A stretch of 60,476 nt of DNA, counting the filler, from Globobulimina sp. (Eukaryota): NCBI GenBank assembly GCA_003354225.1. It is 13 parts of 13 records of this genome, joined end to end, with 100 filler letters (N's around TTAATTAATTAA, not from the genome) between each part and the next. Parts side by side here need not be neighbours in the genome. Positions count along the whole stretch, not along the records: positions 1 to 4,566 come from PIVH01001112.1; positions 4,667 to 9,231 come from PIVH01001113.1; positions 9,332 to 13,895 come from PIVH01001114.1; 10 more parts are not named here. One strand, 5' to 3'. Numbering within the stretch: position 1 is the stretch's first letter; the number at the start of each line of letters is the position of its first letter. Positions 1 through 10,905 of this stretch are shown in pieces. The position numbers were made by a program, and so were the translations under genes. The notes under the pieces were generated by a model that was not told where the DNA came from, did no database searches, and was given only the letters and a program-made list of their open reading frames with translations.

Positions 1-126
1 ACCTGCATTATCATCAAGAGTTGTAATAGCAACTATGGTTATTTCTTGTTTGTTATCAGTGGATGATTGATTCAATCGGATTACAAACGCTGATAAATAA
101 AGAAGCGCCAAAAAAGTGAAAACCAT
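1..126 (-). CDS. 5' fragment of a possible secreted protein (runs off the contig edge)
   Basis: Manual translation from ATG 126 gives MVFTFLALLYLSAFVIRLNQSSTDNKQEITIVAITTLDDNAG, with a hydrophobic signal-like N-terminus. Confidence 0.35.
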   Translation of the reverse strand, partial: MVFTFLALLYLSAFVIRLNQSSTDNKQEITIVAITTLDDNAG

Positions 127-323
127 TACAATATCAACTAAGTTCGGAGTGCTTTAGCTGGGAGAGATAGTAAAACGGTTTGTAGTCCTTTTGAAACATC
201 TATAAAAAGCATGGGAATGGGAATTCCATAACACAGCATAATCGGTTGATGACAAATAAGACTGCCAGATAGTCATCACAGAGTTGCAAAAAATATTACC
301 AATCTGACAAAGATCACTCAATA

Positions 324-1379
324 TTAAGATGTGTTATCTTTGGTAACCTGCGATTTGAGAAAGATGGTATCATTCACAGTGGTCAAATGTGCCAAATCAT
401 CTTCATGCTGCAACTCACCATCTTTTCTGTAGTTTATAGGTAACTTTGCCAATCTATTATTCCTTTCAACATCCTTTCCTTGATATCCATATTTATTTTT
501 AATTTTTGGTGATAGCCTATATTTAAAATACAACACAACAACAACTATACCCGCAATAACATGCACTTTCACTCGAAATGCATCATCTTCCATCAATGTC
601 AATTTTCTTATCGGTGTTGGTTCTCTTCGTTTTCGCAAATAATTGTCCACTTCTTTCTGTCTCCTCACTTTTTGCTGTTTTAGATTATGTTCAGTCACTC
701 TCTCTTCATAACTCATCATTTCTTGATTATTTTCCATGTGTTTATATAATTGCAAAGCAGCGCTAGCTGCAGTCACTGCAAACATCTCTGGGTATTTTGT
801 AATATTATTGTCAACAATACTTGCTTCGTTGCGTCGTGGCTCAATAAAATCAGGTGAATGCCATGGCGGTACTGGCCAATTGGCCGCGTCATCCGCAGTC
901 ATTGCTGTTTTATCCTCGATGGGTTTATATATTTCACATGGCACATCTTGCAAACTTGCAGTAAATTTATGTTTTATTCGAGATGGAAATATCGAATTAT
1001 TTTCCAGTTCGTCCAAAACTAAGTATGAATCAAATCCATTTTGTGTTTGTATAATGTCCGTAGTTTGCTCCGTAATGTTTGCTATATGTTTTTCAGCGTT
1101 TTCCGCAATTTCCAGATTTTGAATATTTGCATCTGATTCTTTTTGTTCATCGAAGTCAATCAGATATTGTGGTGCTTCTGCTGTTAAATCGTCATATTTT
1201 GGCAGCCAATCTGGTATTTCAGTATCATCCATTTTAATTTGTGTGTATTGCCTGGTTGATATTACGTTCATTTCAGCCGAAAATTTCGAGAATTTTCTTG
1301 TAGTTTTCACACTCATTCTAGTGCAGACATGATGATTGTAATATTTATTAAATATTCTATAGCCACATCTATTTGCCAT
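324..1379 (-). CDS. Hypothetical protein, possible mitochondrial presequence and one C-terminal TM helix
   Basis: Long ORF with first ATG at 1379. The N-terminus is R/K/S/T-rich and nearly acid-free; TM segment VHVIAGIVVVVLYF. Confidence 0.65.
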   Translation of the reverse strand: MANRCGYRIFNKYYNHHVCTRMSVKTTRKFSKFSAEMNVISTRQYTQIKMDDTEIPDWLPKYDDLTAEAPQYLIDFDEQKESDANIQNLEIAENAEKHIANITEQTTDIIQTQNGFDSYLVLDELENNSIFPSRIKHKFTASLQDVPCEIYKPIEDKTAMTADDAANWPVPPWHSPDFIEPRRNEASIVDNNITKYPEMFAVTAASAALQLYKHMENNQEMMSYEERVTEHNLKQQKVRRQKEVDNYLRKRREPTPIRKLTLMEDDAFRVKVHVIAGIVVVVLYFKYRLSPKIKNKYGYQGKDVERNNRLAKLPINYRKDGELQHEDDLAHLTTVNDTIFLKSQVTKDNTS

Positions 1380-1384
1380 GGCCA

Positions 1385-2743
1385 ATGATTCAAAGTTTCA
1401 CTGAAAACTGTACCAAACAAATGAGGCAACAATCCCTTCAGCATTGGAACAAAAAGTGGTGCATTTCAACAACAATATCTATTTGTATTTTATTATGGAT
1501 TGTATCGGACACATTGTTTTTTATTTCCTCAGAACTTGCATCGTATGCATCGTCAATTGAGTATGCAAAATTGAGCATTATCCCATACGATCTGTCTCTT
1601 AATGTAATCGTTCCATTGACAAGAAGTGATCCAAATGCTATCCTATTTGTGAAAACATTCAAGACCGGAGGATCGACACTAACCTCAATGTTCCATAATT
1701 ACTGCATTTTACGCAATAAGTCATGCCCAATCACTAAACCATATTATCTCTCCAGAACATGGCAATTTAGATTATCCCAACACAAAAATGATGCATTAAC
1801 TCTAAAAACATGGAATGGAGCTTCGGGTAAAAACGGCAATACATTTGATATGTGGATAAATCATGTATTATTTCATCCATATTTGTATGAATTATTACCG
1901 ACATCAAACAATCAAATTTTAAGCATTATAAGAAATCCAACAGATCGATTCATTTCTGGTTTCAGATATTATCAAAGATCAACCAAACAAATATCAAACA
2001 TGAACATATCAACATATATTCAGAAACTATATGACAATTATACAAAATATGGTAAATATGAAGAAAATGTTGACCCAGCGCCACATATTGGATACCAAAT
2101 AAATTCGCAGTGTAGATCTCTGATTCGCGGCTATTCGGAGTTAATACATTTGGATATATACAATGCATGGGACAACATTAAAAATGGTGACTGGTTGTTA
2201 TTAATCACAGAACGGTTTGATGAAAGTTTGTTGCTCTTAAAATATGCGTATAATTTGACATTCAATGATTTGGTATATGTGCGACAGAAAGGGAATGCAA
2301 ATCGTGTCATATATGAGAATGAATATAATCCAAATCAGGATGAAAGGGGAATCATTAAGAAATTAAATGAATGTGATTGGGAATTATACCAATTGGCACT
2401 GAGAATATTTGAGTACAGATTGTACGAAGTCTACAATGGAGATGAAAATAGGAAACAAAAAGATTTGGATAGAGTTAGAAGCGTCAGATCCAAAAAACAA
2501 ATGCAATGCACTGCGCTTAAGAAAAATGAAATAAATGAAACTAACTTCCACGAACATAATATTGAGAGTATACTGGAATACAAAGTTTACAAACTTCTCA
2601 TTTGTCACTCATTGAATAGAGACAATGTGTTATGGAATAAATGGGCTCATCAATATTTGCATAATGACACGTTTCGACATGTATGGAAAAATCGATTGAT
2701 GTCTGGACAATCTGTCTGTGAATATTGTGTAATTTTGCACTAA
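1385..2743 (+). CDS. Galactose-3-O-sulfotransferase-family Golgi sulfotransferase
   Basis: Type II signal anchor; 5'-PSB motif FVKTFKTGGST; 3'-PB motif IIRNPTDRFIS; LITERFDESLLLL. Start is ATG 1385 or 1421. Confidence 0.88.
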   Translation: MIQSFTENCTKQMRQQSLQHWNKKWCISTTISICILLWIVSDTLFFISSELASYASSIEYAKLSIIPYDLSLNVIVPLTRSDPNAILFVKTFKTGGSTLTSMFHNYCILRNKSCPITKPYYLSRTWQFRLSQHKNDALTLKTWNGASGKNGNTFDMWINHVLFHPYLYELLPTSNNQILSIIRNPTDRFISGFRYYQRSTKQISNMNISTYIQKLYDNYTKYGKYEENVDPAPHIGYQINSQCRSLIRGYSELIHLDIYNAWDNIKNGDWLLLITERFDESLLLLKYAYNLTFNDLVYVRQKGNANRVIYENEYNPNQDERGIIKKLNECDWELYQLALRIFEYRLYEVYNGDENRKQKDLDRVRSVRSKKQMQCTALKKNEINETNFHEHNIESILEYKVYKLLICHSLNRDNVLWNKWAHQYLHNDTFRHVWKNRLMSGQSVCEYCVILH

Positions 2744-3037
2744 TTCTTTTAATGTCATATCAAATTAATCACTATACAGACACAGAATATATTTAATTAT
2801 AGCGTTTCTGTGCTGTTTTCCCGATAGCAATGAGATTCGGGGGATTCAGCTCCTAGGTGATGGTTTGACGTCGATGCTTTCAAAAGATTTAAAAAAGTTT
2901 CAAAAACTATTCATATTTTTCGCGCACCCTCGGTGAAAAACGTGTTTTTAGAAACACGTTCCCAGGCAATTACTCGTTGTTTACTTGTTGAAGAAAACAC
3001 TGGTTCATGCCGTTGTGTTGACAGTTGCGAATAACAG

Positions 3038-4042
3038 ATGTATATTACACCTCTCTCGATGGAACATTACCAATATGTATTTTGTTCACTAACAGCAACA
3101 TTTACATTGTGTTGGGCCTTACGTGAAATTGCTGAAAGAAAATTAGGTCTATCCCCTGTGATTAAAAGTGCATCAAGTTTTGATAACGCAGACGCGAAAA
3201 ATGCAAAACATAACTATGCCAATAAAAAAATGACACGTCAACTAGATATATATGGCACTTATCGAATAACAACACGTGCCTCGGTCCATTTTGTTAAGAC
3301 TATTTGGTGTTTTTTATTCTTTGTAGCAGCGACCTACATGTTTGTAAAAGACAATTTTAAATTTTTTTATGATCATTTTATTGAATTGGATCCCGAATCA
3401 GCGAATAATAGTATTTATCTTAATTGCACAGCAAGTTTTTGCGCGTATTATTTATGGGAAATCATAGCAGATAGATATGGTAAATTAAAATGGTCAGTTT
3501 TATGTCATCATTTTTTAAGTGCATTTGCAGCAACAGTTGTGTTATTCGGTTTTTTTACTCCATTTAGTACTTGGTTTGTATACTTTGGAGTAATAATTAA
3601 TTTTCCTATTCAAGCTGTGCTGTGCTTTCGTCTCACGAAAAGCAACAAATATCCTGTATTTAAACGAAAAATATGTAAATTTGCATATTGGTCTTATCTA
3701 TTTACGTGTTCATTAAATTTTTCTGGACAAATATACTTATTGGTTCATGGCATAATGACAACAAAAATCCAAGTTTCAGAAGTTGCTGTTACTTGGATTA
3801 TATGGACAATATTGGCCTATGATGATTATCTTGCATTGAAAGCATTTAAATCATATTGCAAATTCGAATATGAATTGTTGGACGCATTGGTTCAAACAAA
3901 TGGCATAATTCCAACAGATAACATTCAGAACAATAGTTCAGAAACACAAAGAACAGCAAACAAAGACACGCCTGAAACAAATGGTTGTGTAAAAATAGAA
4001 ATGTCTGAAATTAATATTTATAATATAATAAATCAGAAATAA
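3038..4042 (+). CDS. Multi-pass membrane protein, TLC (TRAM/LAG1/CLN8)-like
   Basis: About 6-7 hydrophobic helices with a YYLWE...VLCHHFL (HH) motif. Confidence 0.6.
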   Translation: MYITPLSMEHYQYVFCSLTATFTLCWALREIAERKLGLSPVIKSASSFDNADAKNAKHNYANKKMTRQLDIYGTYRITTRASVHFVKTIWCFLFFVAATYMFVKDNFKFFYDHFIELDPESANNSIYLNCTASFCAYYLWEIIADRYGKLKWSVLCHHFLSAFAATVVLFGFFTPFSTWFVYFGVIINFPIQAVLCFRLTKSNKYPVFKRKICKFAYWSYLFTCSLNFSGQIYLLVHGIMTTKIQVSEVAVTWIIWTILAYDDYLALKAFKSYCKFEYELLDALVQTNGIIPTDNIQNNSSETQRTANKDTPETNGCVKIEMSEINIYNIINQK

Positions 4043-4566
4043 AAAATGTTTAACTATATAGCTATTATACTATTTTTTTTTTAATATATATATATTTGAG
4101 TTTGTGGTGATGACTTCTAGAGATGGCAGTATATGTTAGATTTTAGAAATCGACGTTTCGGCAAAGTAATGCCTTTGTCAAGATTTAGTTTAAAGTTAGA
4201 GTGTAAAAAGTTTTTGATGTTTTGATAAAAAACATACAGAAACAGAACACAACTTGTGACAAGTAGGGATCACCACACTAACTCTTTCGTCATTAGGGGT
4301 CTCCGATAAGTACTGATTTTTTTAAAAACCTGTCAAACAGCTTCTAAATTTCCAATCATTTCAATAAGTCCACCATTTTTCAAAAGATCGTAAATCCCTT
4401 TTAAATCATGCCAAAAAGAAAAGACATAAACAAAAAATACACAAATAAAATATCCTTGCACTTTCACATACAATAACATTTTTTTTTCAATAATTCGGTT
4501 GCTGGGAAATAAATTATGTCCATATAACCAAAAAACAACATACAACATACAGCAAACACAATCAAC

Positions 4567-4666
4567 NNNNNNNNNNNNNNNNNNNNNNNNNNNNNNNNNN
4601 NNNNNNNNNNTTAATTAATTAANNNNNNNNNNNNNNNNNNNNNNNNNNNNNNNNNNNNNNNNNNNN
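4567..4666. other. Artificial contig spacer (44 N + TTAATTAATTAA + 44 N); first of 12
   Basis: Identical spacers at 4567-4666, 9232-9331, 13896-13995, 18559-18658, 23221-23320, 27882-27981, 32543-32642, 37201-37300, 41857-41956, 46513-46612, 51169-51268 and 55824-55923. TTAATTAATTAA gives stops in all six frames, and contig lengths decrease monotonically. Confidence 0.99.
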
Positions 4667-4668
4667 AT

Positions 4669-5175
4669 GAAGGATATATTACTAAATTATATATGTCGGC
4701 GATTGATGCAATACCAAACCATTACAGACCACGTGGCCTTCCTCGTATTGTTACATCGTGTTACTATCTGCAATTAGTGGTTTGGCGCTATATGTTTAAT
4801 CATAAAGTTGTACATGATTTTAATTTGAGTAACAATATAAAACTGCAGCACCGTTTGAAGGTTATACAATTTGAATATATGATACAAGAGACAAAAAATA
4901 CGATAAAAGAATTAATATGTTGGTTATTACATTATTCCGACGAGATATGCGCCAGATTGAATCATGTATTATCGAAACCAAATGTTTCTGTAACATTGTT
5001 TGCCAACAATGTCAAAAAAGGACATCAAGCTCCGGATATTATTGATGTTATGGAGTTACCCGTTGCAACATCATTGCAACATATATATAGTGGTTGTAAT
5101 CAGAGATTATACTGGTTTTTAAAAAATCAACCCAAACTTGTGTTGAATGGGACATCATTCAATGCATGGCACTAA
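4669..5175 (+). CDS. 3' part of a hypothetical protein (open from the contig edge)
   Basis: Frame is open from 4669 to the stop at 5175; no recognisable domain. Confidence 0.5.
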   Translation, partial: EGYITKLYMSAIDAIPNHYRPRGLPRIVTSCYYLQLVVWRYMFNHKVVHDFNLSNNIKLQHRLKVIQFEYMIQETKNTIKELICWLLHYSDEICARLNHVLSKPNVSVTLFANNVKKGHQAPDIIDVMELPVATSLQHIYSGCNQRLYWFLKNQPKLVLNGTSFNAWH

Positions 5176-8100
5176 ATGACATATTGAGTAACAAATCTAT
5201 ATGAGACTCAAAATCATTCTCAGATGATGCAATTTCAATGCATTTTAATGTTAGTTTGGACTGTCTCAACAACGAAACACTTTGTTTACGATAAGCTGAA
5301 CCAAAGCAGATTGACTCATCAATAATATCCAATTCATTTATCCATTTCTTCAGCTCCTTATCTTGTTTGCATTTGATATGCAACTTTGCTTTGCTTTGTT
5401 GTGCGGAGTTTATAATATCATAGTTTCGAGATAAAATGTATGCAAATCCTTTGCAAATTCCGTTTTCTTTAATACCACACTTTGCCAGTTGTTGCCACAT
5501 CGCATTGCTATTTATGGCATCAATGATATTGACATTATTTGCAAACTTCAACTTTAAATATCCACTGTCTTTTAAACGATGTATGAATCGAATGTGTTGC
5601 ATTTTGGATAAATTCAAAATTGATTGGATGTCATTATATTCCTTAATTAAAAGGCATTGCGAAGAGCCATCATCGATAACCATCTCCAATTCAGTGCAAA
5701 TTCCAATAATTTGTTTTGCAATGCAGTTTGGACAAATTTTCGGTGTTTTCCGCCAAAAAATTTGATTGCAATTAAAACATTTCAAACATATTTGCATTGA
5801 TAATATATTGACAATTTTGCAATTACAAAACTTTATTACTTTCCCATAAAATATTTTGTTATCAAATGGCAACTCATATAAGCATGCAAATGGTGTCATG
5901 TCCAATGATTTCGCATTTATTTCGTCGTTAACTGTGGAAACGTTTGAAATTTGCCAATTTGATGCAGTGGCTGGCAAATAACATATTAATTTATTATTAT
6001 TTTTGATTGTTAGCTGAAATGCATAGAATTTTACTGTCATTCCACAAATCAAAAAAGTGGAAAGATGATTATGTGGAATGTCAACCATAACTACAATCTC
6101 AATCTGCGCCTTTATGTCATACTTAATCACAAATAAGCGGTCAATTAAATTAATCTCATCCTCAAATATCCATTTTTTATCCACAATCAAGCCACAAAAA
6201 CTATCGATATCGGCAAGCATTATTTTTTTATAATTAGTTGGAGTGATTTGTTTGATATTATTTGCATTTCGGATTTCGATTTTGTTGCCATTCGAATTCG
6301 AACTGTTCATTATTTTGGCATCCATTACGACATTGCATTGAATGTATGAATTAAACAAACAATACCAACGCAGTGCAGACTCGCTGAAATATAATTTGTT
6401 TTGTTTCATTTGTACTGTATAATACAACTTATTATTATTATTATTTTTATTTTGAAGCAGCAGCGACACATTTTCACCACAAATATTCGTATCATTCATT
6501 TGTTGATTCATGACCGCAAATGACCTCTTTTTCCCAACTGATTGGTTATTATTAATATTCATAATTTGAATGATTTCGCAATCTGCAAAATTGAAGAACA
6601 AGACACATATCGCATTGCCAAGCTTGTATGTCTTGCCATGGGATGGCGATAATAATGCGAGGGATTGCCTTCTTTGTCGAATTAAACAAAGTTTATATTG
6701 CTTGATCCTCAAAAGACATTTTTTATTTTGCGATAATGCTTTAATGAAATTTGAATATTTATCATATTCGCACTGATTCCCGGAAGTTATGAGATAGCCA
6801 GGAATCATCAACGAAGTGTCGCATAATTGAAAATAACCAGAGTCGCTGCACGATATAGTCCCAATTAAAGTGTTTGTGATGTCGATGGACGGAAACACTT
6901 TAAAACAGCAATGTTTTTGATCAGAAATATATTGGATGCACTCACGGATTCTCTCATCATTTAATATGGCATTCTCCAACGATATTAATGTTGGGAAATA
7001 AATGGGATTATTGCTGCAATTATAAAATGTGCATTGTTGATGATTTAAGAAAAACTGTTGATTTACTTTTTTTTTATGATTGATATCGCCAAAATACTCA
7101 ATAATTGGTTTATCCTTTGAGTTATTTGAGTTATTTGAACCATTTGATTTGGACACAAAATACCTTTTTGTTCCTAAAATATAATCCGTCGATATTTGTT
7201 TTCCAAATTTCTTTTTAAAGGAACGCGTGAAGTGTAAAATATCGATACACTCAGAAATACATTGCGTTTTATAATACAGTGATAAAACAGAATTCGTATC
7301 GTTGAATAATGCTCGATTGCCATTCATTTGACGCAATGCGTTTTTCTTTGTGTTTATTGTTTTGTGCGTGGATATATTTGACAAACCTAATAATTCAATC
7401 ACAGTGTACGCGCAGCAGCCAATCCCTACGCATTTATCCTCTCTCCACATTAAATGTGCGTGGTATATTCTGATTGTTGAGCCACATCGGAGGCCAATCG
7501 GCAACAACGAATTTGGGAAAGGAAACTTGCATAAATAAAATTTGATTTTATCATCTAAGATCCAGACTAAATTCGCATATACTTTGTGAATGATGCCCTC
7601 ATAATTAATACACGAATTGCTTTGTTGTGCATCGTCAGAGTTATCCCCACTTATCGCAGAGCACATTATTGATCCAAACTGAGATTCGTCCCATTCTGCA
7701 GAATACCCAGTGGGTAAATAAATATTTAATGATTTAGGATCTGAGGCATTGTCTGCTGTTTGCTTATGATTTGACGTTGGAATCGGTGCGGGATAAATAA
7801 TTTTATCGCCAATGGTTGATTGAGAAAATAATAACATATCATTTTTTTTATTTGCTGCGATATTTAATTGTTGCATTAAATTTATTGGCTGCAATGTTGG
7901 AGATAATCTATGTTGGTCGCCAACGTTTTTCTGAGTGAAATATTGTTGAATGGTTTGTTGTGTCGTATTTGCATTCGAATTGTTTGCGGCTATCTCGATA
8001 ATCCAACTCATGCTATTCTGTGGTGTTAGCAATGGATAATAATCAATGAAATTATAGTATGATTTGGGGTGAATATTAATAGTTGGATCGCATTGGAATT

Positions 8101-8950
8101 TTAAAAGTAATTCCGTTTGGTTGTAATGTTTGGGGTTTAATATCAATAAATTACTCATTAAATATGATTTATTTACCATCAAAAACGCATTCCAAAACAT
8201 GCATTGTTCATTTTCAAATATTATTTTGATTCTGCTTATTTTATAATTTCTATCTGGTTGCAATTGAAAATATATTGAAACGTCAACAAATTCTGCAAAA
8301 AAGACGGGATATCGAATGGACTGTTTTGTGGATCGCGACAATATTGTTGACCGAGAACAACAGGTTCCTTTAATGCCACATATCTCGGATGGTATACTGC
8401 AGTCATCTGCGTCTGCTGCATTTTGAGCACAATTGAATTCGAACTGTTTCATTGTATCATCGACAAACTGCGAAATCTGCTTTGATGCATCTATGAGATA
8501 AACATAATCCGTGTTAATCTCCACCGCATAATGAATTTTATTGTCATTTTGATAGGAGATCAAATTAAAGGATTCAATCAAAAGAATGCCATCAATCATA
8601 ATATTTGTATTTATTGCTGCGGAATGCGTAAAGATTGCATTTATTGTTCCAGAATGATCGACAATTCGTAATAAGCGATTTGATTCTTGGTTGTTGAAGC
8701 CGGATAAATGTACAATCAAATAATACTTAAAACTATTTTCATTTAAATTATTCAAATAAAAATTATTTTCAATGCATTTTTGCAGTGCATCACGGAGGGA
8801 AATAAGCGTTGATGACGATGAATGTAATTCAGATTTAATGTTCAAGACTGCTTCATTGCTATCCAGTTCATCTTGCAATTGTTTATCACTTCGAACTCGC
8901 GATCGATTAATAAATAGCTGTTCAACATGTTGTTGCATTGTGAATATCAT
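5159..8950 (-). CDS. CTC1: CST complex subunit CTC1-like multi-OB-fold telomere protein (intronless, ~1260 aa)
   Basis: Ordered CTC1-like blocks: LRIVDHSGTI; INYEGII...LDDKIKFYL...GLRCGSTIRIYHAHL...CCAYTVIEL; LIGTISCSDSGYFQLCD; and a C-terminal Zn-ribbon OB fold CFNC...CPNC...VIDDGS. Length is similar to known CTC1. Start is ATG 8950 or 8938. Confidence 0.75.
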   Translation of the reverse strand: MIFTMQQHVEQLFINRSRVRSDKQLQDELDSNEAVLNIKSELHSSSSTLISLRDALQKCIENNFYLNNLNENSFKYYLIVHLSGFNNQESNRLLRIVDHSGTINAIFTHSAAINTNIMIDGILLIESFNLISYQNDNKIHYAVEINTDYVYLIDASKQISQFVDDTMKQFEFNCAQNAADADDCSIPSEICGIKGTCCSRSTILSRSTKQSIRYPVFFAEFVDVSIYFQLQPDRNYKISRIKIIFENEQCMFWNAFLMVNKSYLMSNLLILNPKHYNQTELLLKFQCDPTINIHPKSYYNFIDYYPLLTPQNSMSWIIEIAANNSNANTTQQTIQQYFTQKNVGDQHRLSPTLQPINLMQQLNIAANKKNDMLLFSQSTIGDKIIYPAPIPTSNHKQTADNASDPKSLNIYLPTGYSAEWDESQFGSIMCSAISGDNSDDAQQSNSCINYEGIIHKVYANLVWILDDKIKFYLCKFPFPNSLLPIGLRCGSTIRIYHAHLMWREDKCVGIGCCAYTVIELLGLSNISTHKTINTKKNALRQMNGNRALFNDTNSVLSLYYKTQCISECIDILHFTRSFKKKFGKQISTDYILGTKRYFVSKSNGSNNSNNSKDKPIIEYFGDINHKKKVNQQFFLNHQQCTFYNCSNNPIYFPTLISLENAILNDERIRECIQYISDQKHCCFKVFPSIDITNTLIGTISCSDSGYFQLCDTSLMIPGYLITSGNQCEYDKYSNFIKALSQNKKCLLRIKQYKLCLIRQRRQSLALLSPSHGKTYKLGNAICVLFFNFADCEIIQIMNINNNQSVGKKRSFAVMNQQMNDTNICGENVSLLLQNKNNNNNKLYYTVQMKQNKLYFSESALRWYCLFNSYIQCNVVMDAKIMNSSNSNGNKIEIRNANNIKQITPTNYKKIMLADIDSFCGLIVDKKWIFEDEINLIDRLFVIKYDIKAQIEIVVMVDIPHNHLSTFLICGMTVKFYAFQLTIKNNNKLICYLPATASNWQISNVSTVNDEINAKSLDMTPFACLYELPFDNKIFYGKVIKFCNCKIVNILSMQICLKCFNCNQIFWRKTPKICPNCIAKQIIGICTELEMVIDDGSSQCLLIKEYNDIQSILNLSKMQHIRFIHRLKDSGYLKLKFANNVNIIDAINSNAMWQQLAKCGIKENGICKGFAYILSRNYDIINSAQQSKAKLHIKCKQDKELKKWINELDIIDESICFGSAYRKQSVSLLRQSKLTLKCIEIASSENDFESHIDLLLNMSFSAMH

Positions 8951-8977
8951 CAAATTATTGTTACAAGCCAAAGTTGA

Positions 8978-9231
8978 ATGGCGTCGAGTCAAACGCAAAC
9001 CTTAGCCTACTCATTCAACGACGAAGATGAGCCAGAGCCGTGGGGCCGCTTATGTCCAACCTCAACCTCAATGAACTACCCAGTCTTTGAATTAACCGAA
9101 GATGAAACACAATTTGGGCGTGACGTTGCTCGTTGTACCATTGAACTGAATGAGCCTCAAATATCTGGCGTGCACACTCAAATAAAGAGGAATCCAAATT
9201 ACGGTGTCGACTCCAACACAGATTCAAATTG
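8978..9231 (+). CDS. FHA-domain protein, 5' part (Chk2/Rad53- or CHFR-like)
   Basis: MASSQTQT (SQ/TQ motifs), then PWGRL...FGRD...ISGVH FHA signature; truncated by the contig end. Confidence 0.8.
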
Positions 9232-9331
9232 NNNNNNNNNNNNNNNNNNNNNNNNNNNNNNNNNNNNNNNNNNNNTTAATTAATTAANNNNNNNNNNNNN
9301 NNNNNNNNNNNNNNNNNNNNNNNNNNNNNNN

Positions 9332-10579
9332 TTGATAGTGATTGGTTTCAGTGTTATTTTTTTATTTTTATGGCCAACAACATCGTCGTCGCCATTTTTG
9401 CCATCATCATGTTTTTCGTCATATGCGTTGTCATAAAAACTCGAATCAGAGCTAATTACATCGTCATCATCGTCCTCGTTTAGATCTACAGTGTCTGCAG
9501 TCAGTGGCGTCCCGGTATCATTTTCTCCGTTGAAATTCGTTGAACATATATCAGTTTTGCCGTTATTCTGCAGTGTGTTGGGAGGCGTTAATAACATTCC
9601 ATCATCATTTGATGCTTGATTTGTAAATGATAATTTAAGAGCTAATATGGAAGGATATGATGATTCTGTAACAGAATGAGAATGCGTGCTTAGTGTGCTT
9701 AGTTCTTCTGAGATAAATGGTATCTGATGTTTGCGATTTGTTGTACCATTTATATGGTTTACATAATTTGCATGGTTGATTGGAGAATTGGCGCGGACTC
9801 TCGATGGTTTATACGGCCTTGGTGTGGCAGTATGTGTATGATGAGGCAGATGAGATTGAGGCAAATTCTGTATATTAGTAGTTTAAATGATACATCTTTG
9901 TTTGTGTGGAAAAAAAACGATTAAACATTAGGCAACCTTTAGCATCGCGTTACAAACAGTTTGCCATGGTAAGCTATCAAAGTGGGGGGTTAGGTAAAAC
10001 ACTTAAGTACTGTGAAACGTGTAAGTTCACATCACCGGACAGCTGTCCTGACGAGAAAAAACTGACAGTTGTTTAATAATGATACTTTTGCATTAGTAAT
10101 TAGTTGCTATTATTTATATGTATAACTATTTTTAATCTTAGCATATACAAAATGAGCTTTAAATTTACATCACGTATTTGTATATATCGAGAAAAAAAAT
10201 AATTCCGTACGTGTAGAAATCGGTGTATAAATTTAATACTAAAATTAGACAAATTAACTAGGTTTGAAGGTGGTGATGAAATATGCTGGACTGCAACCGG
10301 TATTGTTTCGATTGATGACTCGTCATTTGATTCTGGATTTAATTGAACCAAGCTGTGATATGTTGTATTCTCAAATGATTGATATACTTCTACGAACTGC
10401 AATTTATCTTTATTTTCATCTGCATTCTGATGCTTGTTATTATCATTAAACTTAATATAGTCGTTCGATTTTGATTGAACCACCAGTGGCAATGGAACTA
10501 TTCTCTGCAAATATGGTGATAAAGACGGTACACTCCGTTGCTTTTCCAAGTTTCTTCGATTTTCCAAAACTGCAATCAT
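9332..10579 (-). CDS. Hypothetical low-complexity protein, two exons (intron 9868-10258), 3'-truncated
   Basis: ORFs 10100-10612 and 9280-9864 join in phase 0 through a GTTAAT...CAG intron. Confidence 0.5.
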
Positions 10580-10905
10580 TTCTAATTTATAACGTCGTTT
10601 AACGTTTAACAATCAATACGAGTTCAAAATTCAAATCGGAAATACCATGCAAAAACTCCACTAAATATTTAAATGACTGACTGACTTTGGTGAAAACCAC
10701 ACACATCAATACGTTCAACAAATTGTGCTTTCTCATTTGATCATTTTGATGGAATGCATAAAGTTATGTAAATTAGAATATTAACCCGTTTGATGGAATG
10801 AAATTAATATGGTAAATTAGAATCCGTTTTTATGAATTCATATCAACCAATTTAAAATTAAGATGACATCATTTTCTGTTATACTCATAATTATATGTGT
10901 TCCTA

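Noticed and set aside
4611..4622. TTAATTAATTAA recurring every ~4.66 kb, resembling a regular repeat or array
   Set aside because: It is an artificial six-frame-stop linker inside N spacers; ORFs ending in XXX-LIN or XXX-N are artefacts.
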